Source of the DNA: the human T2T-CHM13v2.0 reference genome, Homo sapiens
DNA length: 64,000 nucleotides
Assembly (NCBI RefSeq): GCF_009914755.1
Contig: NC_060931.1
Direction: 5' to 3' (one strand)
In this document: positions 53,001 to 64,000 of the stretch, piece after piece
How the letters are laid out: each line of letters begins with the position of its first letter
How positions within the stretch are numbered: position 1 is the first letter of the stretch
The notes under the pieces: generated by a model
Told to the model about the DNA's origin: nothing
Databases searched by the model: none
What the model saw: the letters and a program-made list of their open reading frames with translations, nothing else
Made by a program: the position numbers and the translations under genes

Positions 53001-56000
53001 TGGGTGGAGTTTCCAAGGGAACACAGCTTTATAAACACAAGGGATTAATTATAGATGCTCTGGGGACTTGCTCTAATGTTCTAAACTGTTTACTGAAGAG
53101 GCTTCTTATATCTCAGTCTAATGCAGGCTTTGCAAAAAGCTTAGTCTCTGTTTCTACTGGGTTCCCAATATAGTGGGAGGGTATTTTGCTTAAAAGTTCA
53201 TTACAGAAACACTGTTGACCTGATAACCAAAAAAAAAAAAAGTTATATTTTTCCTCCCTCTTTCAAAGATGACCCAACGGAATAGGGTCCACTCACGATT
53301 TCTACAAAAGGAATAGGATTTATAATCTATAAACTGGACAGAAGGCAACTGAGCTGCCTATAGAATCAAGAAAGGCATGTAATTAGTTGCCTATTAAAAC
53401 ACGTCTTCTTATTTTCCCTTTCTTCTTTATACAAGTCTCAATTAGTTTTCTGTATCTTGGCTTTCTAAATTTAAGTATTTTAAGCAGGAAGTAAATTATT
53501 ACCGATACAGTATCAATATCTTGTCTGTTTCTTATAAAGGACAAGTAACAATTAGTAAAGAATAAAATTTAATCTACAATTAGCAAATGAAATTAATTAC
53601 CTATTTTCATATATAAGGAGTTGTGTTATTAAGAAAACTGAGTAAGCATAACCCAAATTTTTTTATGCTTTAGACAGCTAAATTTGGTGGAATGGTGGAG
53701 ACAAACTACATTCTTTCTCTGAAGATAAATATAGGTGGAAAAGCTGTGTGACTACATGTGCTATTTAACATGAACTTTTCTCTTTTGTATTTGGTGCACG
53801 TCTTACGTAGTATGGGTGGTTCTCCTTTGCCTCAGGTGAATAAAACTAATTATAATTTTGTCATATGCAGCTTAAGGATAGAGTATGATTATAATAACAA
53901 TACTTCATTACTCATGGTGTCAAGGCACCGAGTGATAATAAATGAACCCAACTAGTGTCACGTATTTTGCCTATTCTTAGGAAAAAGGTAGAAACTTAAA
54001 GTAATAAGAGGCAATCAATCAGTTGAAAATTTGAACAAATAGACAAGTTCAGTTTGTCTAGCTCTTTTTTCAAAATATCAGCACATGGATTGAAGTTTTG
54101 TTAGATTAATACTTGTAATTTTGCTTGTATATCATCCTGACCAATGTTAGATTGAGAACTGTCTAACCATAGAATTCAACAGAATAAATTACTTGATACT
54201 TCTGTTTTCTAATGTATGTGACTCTACAGCAGTGGGATGTGTACACTATCTCACTTCAGTTTTAAGTTCAAAGCAGACAGAGCTAGGCAGTACCCAGGCC
54301 TGTCCATTGCTCAACATATCTAGGCTCAGAGTCCATAGAAGTTATACTAATCAGTTTTCAGGTCTAGAGAGGGAGCCATTGGAGCGCATGCACTACTCCC
54401 TGGTTTCTTCAGTGGTTACTGTTGGAACTCTTTACCCCTTGCAGAAACTCTTCTCTGTAGTGCATGGAGCTACTTGATTGAATAAAGAAGAATGATTTGG
54501 GAAAAGGCCAGATAGATTCACAACTAGGTTGTGGCACAGAATCTGGAGAAGGGCTAATATATGCACATATACCTATTCTAACAGCAATAGAGTTATAATT
54601 TTAAATCATTTTGTATCACATTTGTCAGAGTTGCAAATGACATTAATATTGAATGAGTAATTTTTAGTGAAGTTTATGTGGAACATAAAATAACTTTTCC
54701 AGAGAGATAACTTAATCCTTGAGTTATACATGTTTTAAATAGATTTTCATACTATATTAACAAAACTGGAATGTGACACTGGGGGTTTCCTGCTGCATTT
54801 TTTATGTGGGCTCATAAAGCTGTGGGTTTCTACAGAGGTTCTCCTAGAGCTTCCTAACAGTGAGGATAAAGAGTGTCAGGCAGGAACAGGAAGACAAAGT
54901 TAAGAAACAGAGTCTCTGGGTTTCTTAACTGCTGTGGAATCAGTCATTTTACCTAATGCACTTCCACGTAAGAATTGAAAAACCAGTTCAGCCGCTTAAA
55001 TTAAAAAATGCTGATCTCATTTTATCATCTCATTTTACGCATGAGGAAATTGAGGTGTAGAGAGATTATGTGGCTTGTCTGCTTTCATTTAGCAAGACAG
55101 TGACAAATCAGTCTTTGGTTTAATCTTGTCCCTTCATCTCAATTGAACCAGCTGGGATCGCTATATTTTAATTGCTTCGTTAAGTATAACTTGCAGAAAA
55201 TATTTGGGGATGGTCTATGAAATGGGCATTCAATAAAATATTATGTACCTAATAAACTACCCTAAATCTCATTATCCGTTCACAACATACAGAACACCAG
55301 CATGACATTCTCTAGTTGGCGATTACCGTGGTTGCTTAAAAGATGGTTTCAAGAAAAGTTTCAAGTGCTTTACAATTATGCATTGCAAAGGAAATTCTAT
55401 TTGACAATATCCAGTCCTGATTACCAGCATTAAATTACTCATTCCATTGCATTAGGACAGCCATGGACAAAGCCATATGAGGTAGCATGGTATACGATTT
55501 CCAAGGGCAGGGAAAGCTATTGTTACCACTCCACCCTGAACAATTAATAAAAAGCCAGCCCTACTTGCTCAGTGAGACAGAAAATTCCACAGGAAAAACA
55601 AATCACTTGTTTAGACTTATGTGCATTCCCTTTACATTGGAGAAAAATGACACTAAAGAACTAGTCAGTCTTCTTAATCACCAAGACCTTGATGTAAATG
55701 AAGTTTATTGCATCCTATGGTTTATACTGGAAAGTATCCTATGTATAAGGGAATAGGCAAAGGGGAATCCCAAAGGTTAAGGGAACATATGTAAATAATA
55801 AAATTGCCAAGAAAAATATTTGTAACATTTATTCCTACATTTTGGGGGAAAATATCATTTTCTTATTCTTTTCTTAGCTCTACAGGTAATATTTTTGAAA
55901 AACTATATGATTACTAAAGTGGAAGTAAATACTAATAAAATCATAAGAGTGGTACCTCTGTTGCAAGACAGCTGTGGAGGGAAAACCTGAAATTATAACA

Positions 56001-56268
56001 AACCACAATTATTAATACACTTACAACATTAACAACAATATTCTATGTGCCCTTTTTTGACTGTAGCCTTCATTCCGTTGGCACATATGTTTTCTTTGGC
56101 CATGAGCATTTCAAAGTAGAGAATAATTGTTTATAAACTATAAAGCGCATTCTGACTATAAATGACACGCCAACCCCATTATTGACAAAATGTCATTGCA
56201 ACAACAAAGAAGTTCAAATAAATGTGTTTTCAAATACTAGTTAGAATTAACTCTGATTATTACAGTAG

Positions 56269-56986
<718 letters not shown>

Positions 56987-57372
56987 CTACCTAATTTTAA
57001 CAGAATTAGCATGAATCAACTGCAAATGACAAACTATATTGTAGTTGAATGTGTAGGGAAAAAATTCTTCAGTAAGAGAGCAATGCCATGGTTGAAACAA
57101 GACATCCTCTACATTTTATATTTGCTTCAAATTCTTTATACCTGTAGTCTATCCAAAGTCGTCAATAAAACTGAAAGTAAGATACTCTTATTTTAAAAAT
57201 TCCATGTTTTAAACAGTTTTTAGGACAAGCCATTCAGGCCTGAACTCAGTATTCATGAAAATTAGACTTTCTTTTAACAGTTATTTTAAGTATGGTGATA
57301 TTAGAGAGTGTCCCAGTATAAAATTTCTGAGAATTTTTTTTCTATTTACCCATGCTTTTCTTATTTTCACAG

Positions 57373-57466
57373 ATAGCTTTCCAATGATTAGACGAATTGA
57401 TTCTTTCTGTGACTCATCAGTTCCTTTCCTGTAAAATTCATGTCTTGCTGTTGATTTGTGAATAAG
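57373..57466 (+). other. CD36: CD36 exon 2 (non-coding, 94 nt)
   Basis: Acceptor cttttcttattttcacAG (57371-72) and donor AAG|GTATCG (57467); matches CD36 5'UTR ATAGCTTTCCAATGATTAGACG... Confidence 0.95.
57384..57434 (+). other. uORF in exon 2 (MIRRIDSFCDSSVPFL*)
   Basis: ATG 57384 to TAA 57432-34, read directly; a second uORF MSCC* lies at 57440-57454. Confidence 0.8.
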
Positions 57467-57603
57467 GTATCGTAAATAAAACATCTGTTACCATACTTGC
57501 TTATCATTTAATGGAAAACACATCAGTCAACCCACATTCTGTTCGCAGGAGAGCTCCAGAAGGGGTGTGGAAGGTTGTGTTGGGTGGAGAAACCAGATAG
57601 TGA

Positions 57604-57644
57604 GGATGCAACTAAGTTGCTGAGACAAGGGAAGAGAGATGAGG
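57604..57644 (+). other. CD36: Alternative first exon within intron 2, splicing directly to exon 3 (start uncertain)
   Basis: Donor AGG|GTGAGA at 57645; junction GAGAGATGAGG|AACCAGAGC matches a recalled CD36 cDNA. Confidence 0.65.
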
Positions 57645-57936
57645 GTGAGAGTTCTCCTTAGATAAGATTTCAATATGTTAATCATGTGTAGAAAGAAAAT
57701 TAAAAAGGAGGAATATGAAGAAATTCAGATATGACATTATTAGTTCTGCCACTGGTAGGCATTAGAAGCAAGAAAAGGGAGACGGACCGAGGAAGCCACT
57801 TTGGTGAAACAAAAAGAAAAGCATTTGTTTATTTAGAACGGGCAAAATGATACGTTTCAGTGGGTGTTTTCTTTGTACTTTGATCTTTTTGTACTGATAT
57901 TTAAGCTTCTGTTTTATGATCTCTTTCTAATGATAG

Positions 57937-58262
<326 letters not shown>

Positions 58263-58538
58263 TAAAGGTAATTATGAACCACTGCAACTCTATATGATGT
58301 GACTTTATGTGAAATGTTATAAGTATAATGTATATTTAACATGACTCCATTGCTGTCTTAAATATAAATACCAAATTCTATTAAAAGCTGTCTACAGGTA
58401 TGCATGTTAGTAGAAATAATTGTTTTAAGTTATGTCCAAAGAGCATGTTGGCATGCTTTTGAATAGGAAATAAGTGAGTATATTTTGTAAAAGCACATTT
58501 ATAAAAGAAGTTGCACTTTAGTTAATACTGAGAAAAGT

Positions 58539-58543
<5 letters not shown>

Positions 58544-58570
<27 letters not shown>
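58544..58570 (+). repeat. Intron 3 (TG)13 microsatellite
   Basis: 27 nt of alternating TG about 400 nt after exon 3. Confidence 0.95.
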
Positions 58571-58573
<3 letters not shown>

Positions 58574-59214
58574 GTGTTTAATATTGAAACATAAATCCTT
58601 ATTAAATTGTAGGTAAACTTGTTTGGTAATACACTGTTTAGTAATCCACTATTTTTATATATGTGTAATAATCTCATCTCATAAATATTTTCTATTTGTG
58701 AAGCTTCATATTGGAATCTTAGAAAATACTTTCAGAAATATGCAGAACATGTCTTAGTATAAAACAAATTGACTGTAGTGTGAAAAAACAGAATGATTGA
58801 ATAGATGGGCTTTGCACAACAACCTAGAATTCATCTCCCACCCTAGCTTATTCGAATTAGCTACACACTCACTCATCAGAAACGTTGATTGATAGGGGGA
58901 AGAAGAGAATAAAGGGAAGCAGTTCTGCTGAAGTTCTAAATCAGGGATGGCAAATTCAAATGGCTGCAGGAGTTTGGATACAGGGGTTAAACAAAATTTA
59001 AGGTGCCAAGAACAAGATAAAATGAAGAACAGGAACTGCTGTGAACTAGACTGTGTGTTTACTGCCTGAAGGCATAAATGTTCATTTTATTAAACATAAT
59101 ACTGGCCAAATAAAACGAGTTCTGCCTTCAACTCTCTACCTGGTTAGGATGGCAATGACCTAGACAAAGGGTTAGTAAGCATAGTGCACGATGGAGAACA
59201 GGAGGAATTGAATT

Positions 59215-59319
59215 TTTATTAAATTTTTATTGCTATATTGTTAGTATTTTTAATATTTTTGATCCACAGTTGGTTGAATCTGCAGATGTGGAACCCATGA
59301 ATACAGAGGGCTGACTGTA
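59215..59319 (+). mobile_element. MER2 (Tigger family) 3' fragment
   Basis: GTTGGTTGAATCTGCAGATGTGGAACCCATGAATACAGAGGGCTGACTGTA. Confidence 0.8.
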
Positions 59320-62300
59320 TTGTGTTTATTGCTAACATATTGCAGAACTTCAGCCTCATGCATTTAACTGAAAAAACATATGTAAATTAGTATCCCCTGC
59401 CTTGGAATTCTTAGTTTTCTTGATAGTATTTTTAATACAGGCCAATGGAAACAGACAGGTAATAGTGAGGTGTGGGGCTTATCTAATAGTGGGATGGAGT
59501 GGCCATTGATCTGACATCCTTCCTACTCATAAACTATGTTCTCACCCAGATCTTATGCAGAGAAAGTACAAGATCAGTGTCTGTGTTAACGTACAGACTA
59601 CAACATCATTTGGAAAAGTTTTCCAAATTCAAAAATCACAATAATCTTCCAATGCACAGCGATTTAGACTACTTTTTTTTGCTGACACATAATTATTGGT
59701 CAATAACTGAGTATTGATGATTTAATTTTTTTCTTTGTCATGCAACAAAACTGGTACATGTAGATTCTTTTGAATAGCATGTGAGGTGCTAGCATTTATT
59801 TTAATTCTTTAATATTTATCTTTATGCTTATAATAGTTAACCATGAGAAAGTAAGTTTTCTGACATCAAAATGTGCTTTTGTATAATGACTAAGAGAATA
59901 ATATAATCTCATCTATTGTAAGCTATAACCAGGGGAAGATATATTATAATAAAAAATACCGAGACCTATGAGACTCTAGAATTGAATTGGAAAAGTAAAT
60001 GCTGTAATACTTTGAAAGAGAAATCTCTCAGAGTATTCAAGAAACTTCAGGAAAAAGGTAGGACTTGATTCAGATTTTAAAGAAGTGTAGAATTTTGAAA
60101 GTCTCAAATAACTGCAGTAACCATATTAAAGGACTGATTGATAGTATGAAAAACCCTGTGAAAATGCTACCAAATGCAGTGAAGATGGAAGGAAGAAGGT
60201 AGAGAATGTGCCCATAATACTGGATTAACAGCAGAAAAGATTAGAAGTTAACATGGGGTTAGAGTTAGGAAGCAAGCTTAGAACATCAGGCAGAAAAATA
60301 CTTAATTGATGATACAATACACAATAGTCGTCGGTATGTTTTTCAGCAAGTGTAAGATATGATAAAACCTGAATTTAGAGATTAGATGGCTAACATTTAA
60401 TTCTTACTAAGAGTTTCCTATATACTAGTTCACTTCATCTTCAAAAATATCTGTGAGAAGTTGCTGTTATTTTACTCATCTTACAGGCGCAAGTCCTTAA
60501 ATCAACTTGCCAACTCACCTAGCCAATAGGGAAGGAAGTCATTCTCCAAATGTAAGCAATCTGTAGGAAGAGCCTAGATGAAAAACCTGGCCTTGTGTAC
60601 TACTCTACAGCAGAAAGGTTGCAAAGTGAGGATACCAGAGATAGGAAAACAAACAAACAAAAAACTGTAGGATATGACCACTTTCAAGGAGAATATAAGA
60701 TTCCCTTTTAGAAAGATATTTGCATAATCTGCACATTATATAACAAAAGGCACACTGGTCTGGCATGGTTGAGTATATAGAAAAAAAAACTGATAGATAA
60801 TAGGATGAAATGGAAGCTTGGAGAGACAGATTAAATTAGAGGAGTAAAAGCATCAAACTCAAGATGTCCAGTGAGTTATTGATAGAAGGTATGTATATAC
60901 CTTACAAAGTAAAACAGAGGTTTTATAAGTGATGTTTTATGAACATCAGTCTGTGTTTCAAAGGTCAGAGTTCAAATAGATTTGATCATTGCTATAAAGA
61001 TTAAAAATAAAACTAAACAGTAGATTTACTTTTAGAGAGTTTTAATGGAGAGAGGAAAAAGCAGAAGAATTATTACAGAATTTGTAATAATTCAGAGGCA
61101 GGAAGACAAAAGTAGAAAAGGAAAAGAATGATCTTATATGAAGAAACAAACAAAGAGTACAATCCTAGAAGTTAATAGGAGGCCAGAACTCAAGGAAAGA
61201 AAGCATAAAATGTTCTCAGGCAGATGAAAATTAAGAAAATAATGATTAGAACATGGTCACCAATAATTTTGAAAGTATACTTTGAGTAGGGTAATAAAGA
61301 AGGGGGAATTAAATCAATGGAGTGCTTTTCCTTCTTGTTTTTGAAATAAGAATTATCCGTGCAATCTTTTACAAGGAAAAGAGAAGATTCAGACTTCCTA
61401 GTGTAGATTCAAACTCAAGGAGGTGGTACAACAGAGACTCATAAAAACTGTCAAATGACAGTGCACATTGTAAGCCCCCTACATGTCCATAGACTAAGAC
61501 TCATCATCAGAATCCTTATATTGGTCAAGATGTATGGTACATTTAAGGCTAAGCTTCTTTTTGCTCTCAGATTCCTACACAACCATGTTGACCTTGTTAA
61601 TTTAGTCATATGAAGTAGGTGGAATATTGTTTGAATAGACTGTTTCTTTTTTCTTCAGTTTACAGACTATTTTTTAAATGATATTGGCGTATGTATATCT
61701 TTGGCATAGAGTAGGAGTCAAATATTTGAATTTTGTGTAAACCTAGAGAGCCAAGTGTCTTACTGCTGCCTCAGAAATACTTAGAGTAATGCTATTTCAC
61801 AAACATATGGGTTTTGGTACTGTTGACTTCTTATTTGTGTACCATTAAAACTCATTTAATATTACTTTGTTTAGCTGACTAATAGCAAATTAAGAAAGCT
61901 ATTGTATACAAGTGATATTTGGAAAAAAATAATTAAACTTCTTAATTGAGAATGATGAGAAAATCATTTCATATTTAGTGTAGAGTTGCAGTGCTGTGAT
62001 ACCTTCCAATTCTGAAAGATGTCATTACCATTTGAAGTAGTCTAAAACAGTTTAGCAAGCTTATTTGTACTTTATTTTTGCTCTTTCTTTTCAAGGGATG
62101 TCTCTGGTATCCTCATGCTTTTTATGGATTATAGCTGCAATCTTTCTTACCAGTATTTTTGACCGTGATTCTTAATAGAGTTGTGTGCAGCCAGCAAGTT
62201 TATGCAGTCTTTCAAAAAAAAAAAAAAAAACTAAAAATCAATAGCAAGAGCTGCCATGAAAGTAGAAACTACCAAAGCACTGTGGAAAAGGGTCAAAATT

Positions 62301-62394
62301 CTACCACCATTTACAAAAGATAATTTATCACTTGACATTATTAATGTCAGTTGATAAAAAGTTTAGTGAATATTGTATAACATAACATAGGTAG

Positions 62395-62705
62395 TTGTAT
62401 GCTAAGCAGATTAATGCAGGAACAGAAAACCAGATACCACATGTTCTCACTTGTAAGTAGGAGCTAAATATTGAATACACGTGGATATAAAGAAGGGAAC
62501 AATAGACACCTGGGGCTAATCGAGGGTGGGAAGGGGGAGGAGAGCGGAGGATCAAAAAACTACCTATCAGGTACTATGCTTATTACCTGCGTGAAGAAAT
62601 AATCCGTACACCAAACCTCCATGACACACAATTTACCTATATAACAAACTTGCACATGTACCTCTGACCCTAAAATAAAAGTTGGAAGAAAAAAATAAAA
62701 TTTAA
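62395..62705 (+). mobile_element. L1PA/L1PB 3' end
   Basis: ACCACATGTTCTCACTTGTAAGTAGGAGCTAAA...TACCTATATAACAAACTTGCACATGTACC...AAATAAAAGTT. Confidence 0.9.
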
Positions 62706-62794
62706 ATAAGTTCTATAGTTCTAACTATAGAACACCAAAAAAGGAATTATAGGTTTCTTTGTTCCTGTTAGAGAACTAATATTAAATATCATCA

Positions 62795-63207
<413 letters not shown>

Positions 63208-63549
63208 ATTATGTTTGAATTAATAGTCCATATTTTAAACATATAATTTGTTTATATTACCTTTATAATGTATGCTTCTAGTATTTCCAGATATAATAAA
63301 ATAATTTGTACTTTTTCATAGTATCTAAAAGCTCAAAAATAAATGACTAAAAATATTAAAGATGGTAAAGTTTGTTTTATATTTAATAACGTAAGAACAA
63401 CCCAAAATATTTAAATTAAAATAGCAGTATAAAAACGAATTAAACACTATGTATATGTGCATATAGCTGTAATAACAAATGTCACTTAAAGACAATGTTT
63501 CAAGAAATAGACAAGCATATATGTTTCTTCTACTAGTCCAATTTAATAT

Positions 63550-63601
63550 CAACATAGTTTACTTTTCATGCCAAACACAACATAGTTTACTTTTCATACC
63601 A
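63550..63601. repeat. 28-bp tandem duplication
   Basis: CAACATAGTTTACTTTTCAT(G/A)CCA at 63550 and 63578. Confidence 0.85.
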
Positions 63602-64000
63602 TTTTAGGTACTTACATAAATTCTTGGAGGCTAATTTCTAGGTTTCAGAAACATATTAAAGCTTACTACTCCAATACATTTCACCTAATTTTATTCTGGG
63701 TTTTAGTTGATGATGATGTTCTGAAACTAAAGCCATTTTCAGATTCTCTGCATAACTGTCACTACAATTCTAATTCATTCTCAACTTACACACACTTGCA
63801 TAATGCAAAAACATTAGAATTTCTTTTAACATGGGGAAATGATTCGTTTTAGGCCCAATTACAAGCAAATGGTAGCAGCTAGTGGGAAGGATGGAAGTAT
63901 GCTTCTGGTTTTTAAGAAAGTTTTTACTTTACTAGAAAGAGAAATATTAAAATGATTAAATAACAGAAAAATAATTGTCACAGGATATTATATAAGTTAT

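Overview
AT-rich, CpG-poor, repeat-dense human (primate) genomic DNA. It is the 5' half of the CD36 (fatty acid translocase / scavenger receptor B2, chr7q21) gene on the + strand. The only real coding sequence is the first coding exon (exon 3; CDS 58026-58145, [40 protein letters not shown]). Upstream lie the non-coding exon 2 (57373-57466) and at least four alternative non-coding first exons/promoters (~13469-13660, ~35361-35471, ~49927-50032, ~57604-57644). The rest is intron or upstream DNA carrying Alu, L1, L2, MIR, LTR (MLT1, MER21, MER4, LTR29-like) and Tigger elements. The other ORFs in the track appear to be chance ORFs or repeat-derived. I found no convincing wholly new biological system. 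The best leads are regulatory: a modular uORF architecture built across alternative exons, paired DR2 elements around the proximal promoter, a palindromic double STAT site and a MEF2/TATA composite at the distal promoter, candidate extra exons and recursive splice sites, a closely spaced inverted Alu pair before exon 2, and a haplotype that appears to differ from my memory of the reference at several known and one possibly unreported site. Repeat subfamily names and rs numbers come from memory and need checking with RepeatMasker and dbSNP.
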